This document shows positions 36,636-49,605 of a stretch of 64,000 nt of DNA, one piece after another (the stretch's first letter is position 1; every line of letters begins with the position of its first letter). A model generated the notes under the pieces. The model did not search any database. It was given only the letters and a program-made list of their open reading frames with translations, and was not told where the DNA came from. This stretch comes from Squalus acanthias (Eukaryota), in assembly GCA_030390025.1 (NCBI GenBank), contig CM059431.1:113462001-113526000 (forward strand), written 5' to 3'. The position numbers were made by a program, and so were the translations under genes.

Positions 36636-36920
36636 AAGAAAGACTTGCATTTCGATAGCACGTTTCACGACCTCAGGACATCCCAAAGCGCTTTACAGCC
36701 AATGAAGTAGTTTTGAAGTGTAGTCACTGTTGTAATGTAGGAAACACGGCAGCCAATTTGTACACAGCAAGCTCCCACAAACAGCAATGTGATAATGACC
36801 AACAGCAACAATAACTTGTATTTATAATCTGTTTTTGTGATGTTGATTGAGGGATAAATATTGGCCAGGATATCGGGGATAACTCCCCTGCTCTTCAAAA
36901 TAGTGCCGTGGGATCTTTTA
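36636..36920 (-). mobile_element. tRNA/Deu SINE 3' half
   Basis: Reverse complement matches 17105-17372. Confidence 0.85.
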
Positions 36921-37379
36921 TGTATTGCATACACGTATTGTTTCATGGCAAGATAATTGCAATTGTAAGATAAAAACGTATGGTTAAAAGGTCAATGCTG
37001 TTGTATATTGAGCTTCATCTAGGCTCAGTCTCTGGTGCAGCTGGAATACTTGTGTTGTGAGAAACATTGATAAAACTTCACTGTGGTGGATAGTGGGCCA
37101 AGTCAGTGCAACAACTAACACTTGTCGGCTTCAACACAACCTTTGGCAATGTCTGTTTTTTAACTTAGTTTTAACTTCAGTTAAGCTTACAAGTCTGGGA
37201 ACATTATTCAGAACATTTTATCGGTAACAAAATACCTTTAGAAAGTATTCCTTAGGCTTTTTGCTCTAACAATTACAAAAAAAAGATGTAAAATTTGAGG
37301 ATATAGTAGATGACAGCAACACGAAGCTTTACTATAAATAGTTTCCTCCATTTATGGGAATGTAAAGTGGGGAATATCA

Positions 37380-38363
37380 CTATCCTTGGCTCCCTCCTAT
37401 TCCTCATCTGCACGCGGGCGACATCATCCGAAAACACATCAGGTTCCACATGTACACTGACAACACCCAGCTCTACCTCACCACCACATCTCTCGACTCC
37501 ACAACTGCCTCTGATTTCTCACACTACTTGTCCGACATCCAGTATTGGATGAGCAGAAATTTCCTCCAATTAAATATTGGAAAGACTGAAGCCATTGTCT
37601 TCGGTCCCTGCCACAAACTCTGTTCCCTAGCCATCGACACCATCCCTCTCCCTGGCTACTGGCTGAGGTTGAACCAGACTGTTTGCAACCTTGACATCCT
37701 ATTTGACCCTGAGTTGAGCTTCCAAACCCATATCCTCTCCATCACCAAGACCGCCTACGTCCACCTCTGTAACATCACCCATCTCCGCCCCTGCTTCAGC
37801 TCATCTGCTGCTGAAACCCTCATCCATGCCTTTGTTACCTCGAGACTCAACTATTCGAATGCTCTCCTGGCTGGCCTCCCACCTTGCACCCTTCGTAAAC
37901 TTCAGCTCATCCAAAACTCTGCTGCCCGTATCCTAACTTGCACTCGGTCCCATTCACACATCACACCTGTGCTCGCCAACCTACACTGGATCCCAGTCTG
38001 GCAATGCCTCATTTTCAAATCGTTCCATGGCCTCAATCCTCCCTATCTCTGTAACCTCCTCCAGCCCTACAACCCTCCGAGATCTCTGCGCTCCTCCAAT
38101 TCTGGCTTCTTGCACATCCCCGATTTTAATTGCTCCATCATTGGTGGCCGTGCTTTAATCTGCCTAGGACCTATGCTCTGGAATTCCCTCCCAAAACCTC
38201 TCTGCCTCTCTACTTCTCTCTCCTCCTTGAACACGCTCCTTAAAACCTATCTCTTTGACCAAGCTCTTGGTCACCTGTCCTAATATCTCCTTATGTGGCT
38301 CGGTGTCAAATTTTGTTTAATAATCATTCCTGTGAAGCACCTTGGGATGTTTTACTATGTTAA
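37380..38363 (+). mobile_element. L2 LINE 3' portion (RT C-terminus); tail resumes at 46501-46535
   Basis: 277-aa ORF YTDNTQLY...LQLNIGKTE...SRLNYSNALLAG...LLKTYLF; the L2 tail is split by the LINE at 38364-46500. Confidence 0.9.
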
Positions 38364-38375
38364 TGAGGGTATGGT

Positions 38376-38449
38376 AGCAGAGTGATTATGCTACTAGACT
38401 AGCAATCCAGAGGCCTGGACGAATGATCCAAAGACGTGAGTTCAAATCC
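38376..38449 (+). promoter_or_regulatory. Pol III internal promoter (A and B boxes) in the tRNA-like head
   Basis: A-box-like TAGCAGAGTGA (38376-38386) and B-box-like GTTCAAATCC (38440-38449). Confidence 0.65.
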
Positions 38450-41378
38450 CACCACGGCAGCTGTGGAATTTGAATTCAGTTAATTAAATAAATCTGGAAT
38501 AAGAAGCTAGTATCAGTAATGGTGATCATTAAACTACCGGATTGTCGTAAAAACCCATCTGGTTCACTAATGTCCTTTAGGGAAGGAAATATGCCGTCCT
38601 TACCTGGTCTGGCCTTTATTTGACTCCAGACCCACAGCAATGTGGTTGACGCTTAACGGCCCTCTGAAATGGCCTATTCAGTTGTAACAAATGTCTACGA
38701 AAAACAATAATAAAAATAAAACCGGACGGACCACCCAGCATCGAACTAGGCACAGACAATGACTCACCCAGCCCAGTCGACCCTGCAAAGTCCTCCTCAC
38801 TAACATCTGGGGACTTGTGCCAAAATTGGGAGAGCTGTCCCACAGACTAGTCAAGCAACAGCCTGACATAGTCATACTCACAGAATCATATCTTTCAGCC
38901 AATGTCCCAGACTCCTCCATCACCATCCCTGGGTATGTCCTGTCCCACCCACAGGACAGACCCACCAGAGGTGGTGGCACAGTGGTATACAGTCGGGAGG
39001 GAGTTGCCCTGGGAGTCCTCAACATTGACTCCGGACTCTATGAAGTCTCATGGCTTGAGGTCAAGCATGGGCAAGGAAACCTCCTACTGATTACCACCTA
39101 CCCCCATTCCTCAGCTGATGAATCAGTACTCCTCCATGTTGAACACCACTCAGAAGAAGCACTGAGGGTACTAAGGGCACAAATATACTCTGGCTGGGGG
39201 ACTTCAATGTCCATCACTAAGAGTGGCTCGGTAGCACCACTACTAACCTAGCTGACCGAGTCCTGAAGGACATAACTGCCAGACTGGGTGTGTGGCAGGT
39301 GGTGAGAGAACCAACACAAAGGAAAACCTACTTGACCTCATCCTCACCAATCTACCTGTCGCAGATGCATCTGTCCATGACAGTATTGGTAGCAGTGACC
39401 ATCGCACAGTCCTTGTGGAGATGAAGTCCTGTTTTCACACTGAGGACACCCTCCATCGTGTTGTGTGACACTTCCACTGTGCCAAATGGGATAGATTCAG
39501 AACAGATCTAGCAGCTCAAAACTGGGAATCCATGAGGCTCTGTGGGCCATTAGAAGCAGCAGAATTGCATTCCACCACAATCTGTAACCTCATGGCCCAG
39601 AAAATCCCTCACTCTGCCATTACCATCAAGCCAGGGGACCAACCCTGGTTCAATGAGGAGTGCAGAAGAGCATGTCAGGAGCAGCACCAGGAGTACCTAA
39701 AAATGAGGTGCCAACCTGGGGAAGCTGCAACACAGGACTACATGCATGCTAAACAGCAGAAGCAGCATGATATAGACAGGGCTAAGCGATCCCACAACCA
39801 ACGGATCAGATCAAAGTTCTGCAGTCCTGCCACACCCAGTCATGAATGGTGGTGGACAATTAAACAACTAACAGGAGAAGGAGACTCCATGAATAGCCCC
39901 ATCCTCAATGATGGCGGAGCCCAGCACACAAGTGCAAAAGACAAGGCTGAAGCGTTTGCAACCATCTTCAGCCAGAAGTGCCATGTGGATGAACCAACTC
40001 AGCCTCCTCCTGAGGTCCACACCATCACAGAAGCCAGTCTTCAGCCAATTCGATTCACTCAACGTGATATCAAGAAACGGCTTAGTGCACTGGATACATC
40101 AAAGGCTTTGGGCCCCAACAACATCCAGCTGTCGTGCTGAAGACTTGTGCTCCAAAACTAGCCGCGCCTCCAGCCAAGCTGTTGCAGTACAGCTACAACA
40201 CTGGCATCTACCCGACAATGTGGAAAACTGCCCATGTATGTCCTATCTACAAAAAGCAGGACAAATCAAATCCAGCCAATTACCGCCCCATCAGTCTACT
40301 CTCAATCATCAGCAAAGTGTTGGAAGGTGTCATCAACAGTGCTATCAAGCGGCACTTACTCACCAATAACCTGCTCACTGATGCTTAGTTTGGGTTCCGC
40401 CAGAACCACTTGGCTCCAGACCTCATTACAGCCTCGCCTCAAACGTGGACAAAAGATCTGAATTCCAGAGGTGAGGTGAGAGTGACTGCCTTAGACATCA
40501 AGGTGGCACCAAGGAGCCCTAGTAAAACTGAAGTCAATGGGAATCAGGGGGAAAATTCTCCACTGGCTGCAGTCATACCTAGCATAAAGGAAGATGGCTG
40601 TGGTTGTTGGAGGCTAATCATCTCCAGCTGCTTCATCAATGACCTTCCCTCCATCAGAAGGTCAGAAGTGGGGATGTTTGCTGATGATTGCACAGTGTTC
40701 AGTTCCATTCACAACTCCTCAGATAATGAAGCAGTCCATGCCTGCATGCAACAAGACCTGGACGACATTCAGATTTGGGCTGATAAGTGGTGTAAGATTC
40801 GAATCACAAGTCACACACAGATTACCCAAAGGGTCTTAGGAGTTGTAAGGCTTTTTATTAGAGAGCTACAGTTTAAGCATAATCAGATATTACTACATGC
40901 GATTGAAATAGATACAGTAGACATACAACCCGTGACAGATGAGGGCGATCTACGGTACTGGAATGGAACAAAACAACCGGACGGACGGTGAGGCAGTACG
41001 GTGGTCTCGGATTGGGTGGATTCCTACAGTCTGTGGCAGCGGTCACTTCCGTTGGGTCGTCCCGCGAGCTGTTGGAGGTGTTAGGCCATCAGCCAGCATT
41101 GATCCACCTCAGAGGCTAAACTTGACCAAGGTGTTAGGCCGTAGCCACCTCGGGGAAGCCTTCGCCCCTAACTGCCTGTTTTCCTCTCTCGGTCGCCTGT
41201 TTTTATACCTTATTTCGATGGGCTGGTGGATACCTGGTGTCAATCATTTTTACCCATCCCACTGTCCAATTACTAGGGAGAGGCTACCTCTGACAGCCCC
41301 CTCCCAGCCTCATGAGGTAATTTTCCTCCTTATCTCTGTTGTAAAGATCTTGTTGCCCTCTCGTAGACAGCTTGTTTA

Positions 41379-41932
41379 GAGTACTGTGTGCAGTTCTGGT
41401 CACCACATTACAGGAAAGATGTGATTGCACTAGGGAGGGTACAGACGAGATTTACAAGGATGTTGCCGGGAGTAGAGAATCTTAGCTATGAGGAAAGACT
41501 GGATAGGCTGGCTTTGTTTTCCTTGGAACAGAGGAGGCTGAGGGGAGACCTTATTGAGGTGTATAAAATTATGAGGGGCCTAGATAAAGTGGATAGAAAG
41601 GACCTATTTCCCTTAGCAGAGGGGTCAAAAACCAGGGGGCACAGATTTAAAGTAATTGGGGGAAGGTTTAGAGGGGATTTGAGGGGAAATTTCTTCACCC
41701 AGAGGGTTGTGGGGGTCTGGAACTCACTGCCTGAAAGGGTGGTAGAGGCAGAAACCTTAATCACATTTAAAAAGTACTTGGATGTGCACTTGGGATGCTG
41801 TAACCTGCAGGGCTATGGATCAAGAGCTGGGAAGTGGGATTAGGCTGGATAGCTCTTTGTTGGCCGGCGCGGACATGTTGGGCCGAAATGGCCTCCTTCC
41901 GTGCTGTAACTTTCTATGATTCTATGATTCTA
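41379..41932 (+). mobile_element. CR1 3' fragment inserted in the 3' LTR
   Basis: 151-aa ORF2 C-terminus, (ATTCTATG)n tail, 6-bp TSD TGTTTA; absent from the other LTR. Confidence 0.93.
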
Positions 41933-42519
41933 TGTTTATCCTACAGCTCCTTGCTGCATCACTTATCAGGCCTAGCTATGCCCAATCGAAGGCCTGTTTT
42001 TGTGTTCTGACCTCGTAATTCAGCTCTCTGTACAACTCTTTTTCTGACATGACTGGAATCTTTCTGTGTCATCAACTTAGGCAAACTGCTGATCTAGGGA
42101 ACCCGTAACAGACTATTATTTCTTTCGATCCACGATTTCTTACATCTCCCCACCTTGAGAACGAAATATCCTTATTGACTTCTCACAATCGGCTCTTGAC
42201 TATTCTAGCTAGTTCTTATTGCTCTCTCAACTTGGGCTTTAGTTAGTAGGGAGACTCGAAAATGAAGAAACCCCCTTCCTTAAAGTCCATTCCTTTGAGG
42301 GGGAGGAGCAACCTCTGACCCCTTACTCAAATTCAATTCACTGTTCCGATGTTCCAATTCTGCCCTGCCTGGGGTCTCCTCTGTTTGTTCTATCTTTCCT
42401 GATCTTAGCCCGCCTGGGGTCTCCTCTACATTGCTTCGGATCTTCTCTTTCAGTGTGCTCAATTAATTTGTTAGTGCTGGTTAGTCATAGACATGAGTAC
42501 ACAATTGGCTTATGCATCA

Positions 42520-43610
42520 AAGTCTTACTACATGGGTTACATATATCAAATACACTATCATTACAATTTCAGAACTACCAGAGCGTGTGAAATAATACGA
42601 AACTAAGAGTATGCTGATATATTAAGCCCAATATCCCACCAGTGTGAATCGTCCCCTATGCTGTCAATTTCAATATCTATTCTTGAGTTGTCTTGTTCTA
42701 AAACATAAAAATGGTTTAGGGAGGAGTTCAGTCCCATCACGAGCTCACTGAAACCCTCAGACAACAGGGGAATGTTGTACCCAATTGTGCCACATAATTG
42801 TGCAGCTCATACTTAAGTATCTCATTTACTGTCAGTTTCACTTGAGCATAGGTTTTGATATTGAGTAAAACGTGTTGGTTGATGGGACAGGTCTTGTTAG
42901 ACCCGTAAAGCATGGTAGTTACGGTAGTAGTGACACAGGAGGCACCACCAAAATCACCTCATACTGGATTCGTACTGGTTTTTCCCACGTTCTGTTATCT
43001 ACAAAACACAATTATTACAGTCACAGTTAAATTCAGTCTTACAATCATTTCAAGCGACATTACAGTTTAACATCAAATCAACAAGTCATGGACTTAAAAG
43101 ATTCTCCAAATCTCTCTTTTACTCGTATCCATCTTGTGGATAATTCTTACTAAACATGATTTCTCCTTAGCCCTGAATTGTCCCAATCCAGATTCCATGT
43201 AACTCTTCAGTTCTACTACGATTTAATTCCCTCTAACAGGTACCAGTGTGTTTAACTCTATTCTGATTATTTCATTAATTAGATAGTTTCTTGATGGAGT
43301 ATATGTCACTGCTTTAAAAGTTGTCTCACTCTCCTGAGCCACATTAACCATTTCATGTCGTACTGTTGTCAAGTAACTGAGCATGTCTGAGCCCCGTTCT
43401 TCAGTGCAAATTCACCATGCATTTCCGGATGGTAATTGCTTCATACGTGACAAATCACATTTGCACACTCACACCGGTATCTCAATATCGTGCCACATGT
43501 GCCATCCGATACAAGCCATTCTCGGGCTTTCAGGTGATCTTATCAAAAGATTGTCTGGCGATCTTTGCTCATCTTCCACCACATGGTCCCGATGTCTCGG
43601 GTAGTGGCCA
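42520..43610 (-). pseudogene. Decayed envelope/class I fusion-like membrane protein remnant
   Basis: Manual translation across frameshifts: SCVTTTVTTMLYGSNKTCPI, heptad-like LSEGFSELVMGLNSSLNHFYVLEQDNSRIDIEIDSI, HWWDIG, hydrophobic RIISHALVVL/EIVMIVYLIYV. Confidence 0.55.
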
Positions 43611-44903
43611 GACTATCAAATTCAGTTTTCTTAAAAAGTTCATTATAGGCAGGGATTCAAATGTCTCCAAGAGAAAGCTATTAATTTACTATTCGAAACT
43701 ACACTTTCCTGACTTTCACTAGAATAAAAATTCCCATTAATACCAGATTCTATCTCATTCATGAGTGTCTGGAGAAACTTTACTGTCCAATACAGTATTA
43801 AAGATAGAAAACATAGATCAAAGTTGTTTGGTGAACCAATTTAAAAAAAAACAGCTGCCAGCGGAAAGGGTTAACTCCTTTGCAAGTTTATAAGGTGGCG
43901 GGGCAAGTATTCTTATTAACTAAGCACGATACAGAACAGAAAATAAAACAAAAAAAAACAGTAAGTTACGTAATATTTCTCTTTGTTCTTTCTTCAGATG
44001 CGTTTTCAAATGACTGTGAAAATATTGAATACAACTGGAAAAAAATTAGTTTTCACATTTAAACTAAAGAAAACAAATTGCTTTGGAAAATTCACGATAG
44101 CAACCGCAACTCCAAGGTTAAATCTTAGATTGAAACTTAATCTTTTGTGAAACAAACTTTTTGTTTTTCTCAGTTTTTCCACACTAGCTTAACTTAAATT
44201 GTAGTTCAAAGTTTTATTTTCAATTCTGGGTGCACAATCTTATTCGCACATTCTTAAAACTTCCAAAATCCAAGACAAGTCTACAAAGGGTTAAACGGCT
44301 TTTAGCACAGAGAAGTGGGTGGAGCTAAAACAAACATAACAGACACTTTCTTTTAAAGACAGACTTTCAGACAGAAGGAATACTGCAGCTTCTTCAACAT
44401 TCATAGTCAGGAAAACTTTCACACTTTAACACACACTTTCACACAAACTGAAATTCCAGCATCCTTTAAGGTTCCTTTCATTCAGCAAATCTTGCGTTTT
44501 ATTTGTTTTGGCACAGATGCTGATAGCTTCCATGTCAGTAAAACTTTAAGTTTCACTTTTTTCTTCTTCTCTTAAATTGTCGTCTAAGCAGCTTTTCCTG
44601 GCTCTCCAAATCCCTGTTTTTTTCCTTCCTTTGCTGAGTTTTCAGATTGGTTAGCCTGCAACTTAGATTTTCTTCCCCTTCTCTATCTCCCCCTCTGTCC
44701 TGCACTTTATACTTCACCTCCTTCAGGCTATCTATCAACTGTTCCCAGTGATATGCCAATGCCATTGTATTTCTGGTTTTACCTTTAACTCACTCTCTCT
44801 CTCCCCTCTTTCAGGGAGTTCCCGACCCAGTCTTAAGCGATGATCACACGCGACCAAGCCCCTCCGGTCCCCACAACTGGAATCTTACAACTCCCAACTC
44901 TGT

Positions 44904-44922
44904 AATCCCACTTCTGACACCA
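44904..44922 (-). promoter_or_regulatory. Primer-binding site complementary to the tRNA-Leu(CAA) 3' end
   Basis: Minus-strand TGGTGTCAGAAGTGGGATT, 1 nt inside the 5' LTR. Confidence 0.85.
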
Positions 44923-47402
44923 CTGTAACATTTGAATCACACACAGATTACCCAAAGGGTCTTAGGAGTTGTAAGGCTTTTTATTAGAGAGCTATAGTTT
45001 AAGCATTATCAGATACTACTACATGCGATTGAAATAGATACAGAAGACATACAACCCGTGACAGATGAGTGCGATCTACGGCCTTGGAATGGAATGAAAT
45101 GACTGGACAAAAGGTGAGGCAGTACGGTGGTCTTGGATTGGGTGGATTCCTGCAGTCTATGGCAGCGGTCACTTCTGTTGGGTCATCCCTCGATCTGTTG
45201 GAGGTGTTAGGCCGTCAGCCAGCATTGATCCACCTCAGAGGTTAAAATTGACCAAAATTGGCCGTAGCCACCTTGGGGAAGCTTTCGCCCCTAACTGCCT
45301 GTTTCCCTCTCTCGATCGCCTGTTTTTATAACTTATTTCGATGGGCTGGTGGATACCTGGTGTCAATTATTTTTCCCCATCCTATTGTCCAATTACAAGG
45401 GAGAGGGTACCTCTGACAGCCCCCTCCCAGCCTCATGATGTCATTTTCCTCCTTATCTCTGTTCTAAAGGTCTTGTTGCCCTCTTGTAGACAGCTTGTTT
45501 ATCCTACAGCTCCTTGCTGCATCCCTTATCAGGCCTAGATATGCCTACTCGAAGGCCTGTTTTTGTGTTCTGACCTCGTAATTCAGCTCTCTGTACAACT
45601 CTTTTTCTGACATGACTGGAATCTTTCTGTGTCATTAGCTTAGGCAAACTGCTGATCTAGGGAACCCGTAACAGACTATTATTTCTTTCAATCCACGATT
45701 TCTTACAGTGGCAAGTAACATTCGCGCCACACAAGTGCCAGGCAATGACTATCTCCAACAAGAGAGAGTCTAACCACCATCCCTTGATATTCAACTTCAT
45801 TACCATCGCTGAATCCCCCACCATCAACATCCTGGGGGTCACCATTGATCAGAAACTTAACTGGACCAGCCACATAAACACAGTGGCTACAAGAGCAGGT
45901 CACAGGTTGGGTATTCTGCGGCGAGTGTCTCACCTCCTGTCTCCCCAAAGCTTTCCACCATCTACAAGGCACAAGTCAGGAGTGTGATGGAATACTTACC
46001 ACTGCCTGGATAAGTGCAGCTCCAACAACACTCAAGAAGTTCGACAACATCCAGGACAAAGTAGCCCACTTGATTGGCACCCCATCTACCACCTTAAACA
46101 TTCACTCCCTCCACCACTGGCGTACTGTGGCAACTGTGTGTACCATCTACAAGATGTACTGCAGCAACTCGTCAAGGCTTCTTCAGCAGCACCTCCCAAA
46201 ACCGTGACCTCTTCCACCTAGAAGGATAAGGGCAGCAGGCACATGGGAACACCAGCACCTCCAAGTATCCCTCCAAGTCACACACCAGCCTGACTTGGAA
46301 GTATATCGCCGATCCTTCATCATCATTGGGTCAAAATCCTAGAACTCCCCATCAACAGTACTGTGGCAGTACCTTCACCACACGGAATGCAGCAGTTCAA
46401 GAAGGCAGCTCACCACCACCTTCTCAAGGGCAATTAGGGATGGGCAATAAATGTTGGCCTTGCCAGCAAAGCTCACACCCCAGAAACAAATAAAAAGAAA
46501 TAAAGGCACTATATAAATGCAAGTTGTTGTTGTTGTATCAGTTTATGTGTTTGCTTAAACTAGTGAACAGAGAAAAATATAACCCTAATGCTGTTGGTAC
46601 CTCACCTTATAATTGTGTCATTGCATTTTGCATAGAAATATTTGAGTAACTTCACGTTTTTATTTTTTTACCAGTACAGTAATAAAACACTCTCCAGAGT
46701 ATAATTAAATGGTGGCAGGTCACCAATGTTTTAGCAAAAGGCAGGTCCTATTAATTTTGCCGTCAGACGAGTTTGCATTGCTGATATTATAAACAGTAAT
46801 GTTTTGTGAGGTAAGCATGTAATTATTTGTCTAGACCAGACAAGATTTGACATGCATTTGAATCAAAACAAACCTTCTATAACAGACAAGGAGAAAATAT
46901 ATCCTTTTAGTTTGTGCCATGTTTCTCAACAATTCCATTCTCTGTCCAACTAATGAAGTTATCAGAGAAGTCTGCCGTTGTTTATACGTGGTGTTAATAT
47001 AGGTTATTTAGACATAGTGGGGGAGGGGGATTATAAATGCCAGCGGGTGTCTGGCAGGAAACTATTGGTTTCAGTTAGTTTTCTGCTTGCCCGCAGGAGT
47101 ATCAGGCCATGGCTTTTAACCACAGGGCCTCACTAACATACCGCCATCCACCTCCCGCCTGTTCCAGAAAATCAGGCAGCCCTTGGCCGTCTACCAGCAC
47201 TCTGATAAGTGTGGGGAAGGGGGTTCCGGGAGTTGGGAACTGAGGGGAATATGGGGCAGGGGAGGACAAAACTTTCCTTGTAGGACCGACAGGAGCACGC
47301 CTGCTCCTCCTGGCCCCACAGTGGAAAGTAAAAAAACTTACCTGGAGGGCCTCTTCAGTTTTCCGATCCTTTTCGTGCTGATGTTTAAAGAAAAAACTTG
47401 CG

Positions 47403-47442
<40 letters not shown>

Positions 47443-47444
<2 letters not shown>

Positions 47445-47580
47445 AAAGCAAAATACTGCAGATGCTGGAAATCTGAAATAAAAACAGAAAATGCTGGAAA
47501 TACTCAGCAGATCAGGCAGCATCTGTAGAGAGAGAAACAAAGTTAATGTTTCAGGTCGATGACCCTTCGTCAGAACGATC
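47443..47580 (-). mobile_element. Penelope family B terminal repeat with hammerhead motif (47542-47576), next to a (TA)n microsatellite
   Basis: Matches 14155-14249; TSD-like ATATATGTA (47434-47442, 47581-47589). Confidence 0.82.
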
Positions 47581-47591
47581 ATATATGTATG

Positions 47592-47812
47592 TACCTTTCA
47601 CAACCTCAAGATGTCCCAAAGCGCTTTACTTGCCAATAAAGTCCTTTTGAAGTGTAGTCACTGTGCTAATGTAGGGAACCACAGCAGCCAATTTTCACAC
47701 AGCAATGTCCCACAAATAGCAATGAGATACATGACCCAATAATCTATTTTAGTGATGTTGGTTGAGGGATAAATATTGGCCAGGACACACCGTGGAGAAC
47801 TCCCTTGCTCCC
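47592..47812 (-). mobile_element. tRNA/Deu SINE 3' fragment
   Basis: Reverse complement matches 17135-17350. Confidence 0.8.
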
Positions 47813-48850
47813 AATTAGCATATGTTATTTAGGACCCCGCTGGCTTTGGGTGGACAGCTTAGCCTGTCCGGAAGTGTCAATTGAAATTGGAAATGGCAGG
47901 ATCTGGCATTTTCTGGCGCTTAAGTAACCCAGGGCATTTTAACTGCCCACCTGCCCAGTTTCCGCTGGACGGGCAGGGTTAAAATTCCTCCCTCAGTTTA
48001 AGTTTGTAATATTTTAAACCTTCCTCTACTGAAAGCAATGCTTTAGGTTAAATGCAATCACCATTGAGTACATTTTGCTTTTGCACATTTACTGTTCTCT
48101 GTATCTTTTCCAATGTACGTATATTGATTTTGCAATTTTCAGTTTGTCCATCTGTTGGTTAAGGTTCTTCACTGGCCTAATAGATATCTGTGGTCCAAAA
48201 TGTAGAACTGTATTGTTTTTGAGTTTTATTTGTGTGATATTTTTAAAAGATTTTGCTATTTCAAGTATTCAAAGGAGGGAATTTTATCTTGCATATCAAC
48301 GGTTAGCTTTCGACAGTTTGCAGTGAGTAAGGGATGCTGAGAGTTTTAAATCTTTATGCAGGATGGTTCATAGGTCTCACTATTAGAAAATAATCCCACC
48401 AGAAAATGCCATAGATGTTTTTAAGAGAGCATATATTCAGTTCTATATTCATAGTGACTTGTGGTCATGGGGTCAAAGTTTGGTAAAATTTCCCACTTTC
48501 GACCCACATCGAATTGTGTAGTTGCCAAGAGTTTCACTAAAATAGCAATGGACTGTTTTGACAGGAGTTGCTAAACAAGGACACACAATAGTTATTTTGG
48601 CATCGTTTTAACTAGTACTTGTTGTATGAATTATTTCAGCTCCTATTGGTGAAGATCTTAGTGATGCACATTCCCCTCTCCTAAGAAAATATGGAACGGG
48701 AACAAGCCATTGGGCTATGTATAACTATTATTATGAACCCTTCCTATAATTTATTTAATTCCCTGAGGGAGGCAAATAGCCATAAGTACGACTTTAAAGA
48801 ACAAGAAAAATCCTCCTTTACCTAAAAGGCAACTAAATTAAAAATTCTAG

Positions 48851-49605
48851 GGGCTGGATTTTGAATGACCCATGGAGTCGGGTTTGGAGGCGTGTGGGGG
48901 GTTAAATTTGTGGGGTCGGGGGTCCCGACCCCATCCCGACTCCATTCCGCCTCCACGCAATTTTGACAAAATCAGTCACGGGGTTCCCGACTCCGTCCCG
49001 CCTCTAAGAGGCGGGAGAGGCCATTAAAGCCCTTAACAAGCCCTAAATTGGGTCTGTAATGCCATTTTGAAACGTTTTAGCTAGTTTAACCCTTTTCCGA
49101 CGTGAAGTACGCCTGATGTGAAACACTCCAGTGAAACCTGGCGGGAGCACAAGTGGATAGCTGACTATCAGCTGCAGGTGCACTATTACAACGGAGATGT
49201 GATGAAGGTAGTATTAGATCTGAAAATCGCCTCTGATGCTGCTGCATTGAATGTCTTCAGAGACTGCATGGCTTTCTCTCTCTCTCTCTCTCTTTCTCTC
49301 TACATTTTGCATCCAGGTCCACTCACAGCAATAGCCAGGCAGGTCCTCTCTCACCAACAGCCAGACAGTCTCTGAGACCAGGCAGGCAGTCTCTGACCTG
49401 CAATGCAACAGCAATGATGACATCATCAGAGGTGACTTTCAGACTGAAACCACTAATTAGTTCATGGGTTCCCACATGCTGGAACTCAATTGCCCAATTA
49501 AGTGAAAATTGCATCATTCATCCACATTAATCTGGAGTCGGGGGGCGGGGAACACGAAATGCGGATGACACGACCCCAACCCGACCCCAAGACAAAATCC
49601 AGCCC
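48851..49605. mobile_element. PIF/Harbinger MITE
   Basis: Perfect 13-bp TIR GGGCTGGATTTTG, 3-bp TSD TAG. Confidence 0.88.

Larger units (their letters stand above)
40791..45707 (-). mobile_element. Non-autonomous LTR retroelement: LTRs 44924-45707 (5') and 40791-42144 (3'), 2.8-kb internal region
   Basis: Two ~790-bp direct repeats with TGTAA...TTACA ends; 4-bp TSD GTGG; PBS at 44904-44922; polypurine tract AAGGTGGGGAGA at 42145-42156 (minus). Confidence 0.95.
38364..46500 (+). mobile_element. Apparently full-length single-ORF non-LTR retrotransposon (EN+RT, CR1-group-like, clade uncertain) with tRNA-derived 5' head; interrupted by an LTR element
   Basis: tRNA-like head 38368-38458; EN motifs (LTESYL, GDFN, SDH) from about 38795; RT motifs (NYRPISLL, ALDIK, FADD) to 40790; continues 45712-46450; A-rich end; stops and frameshifts present. 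Confidence 0.88.
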
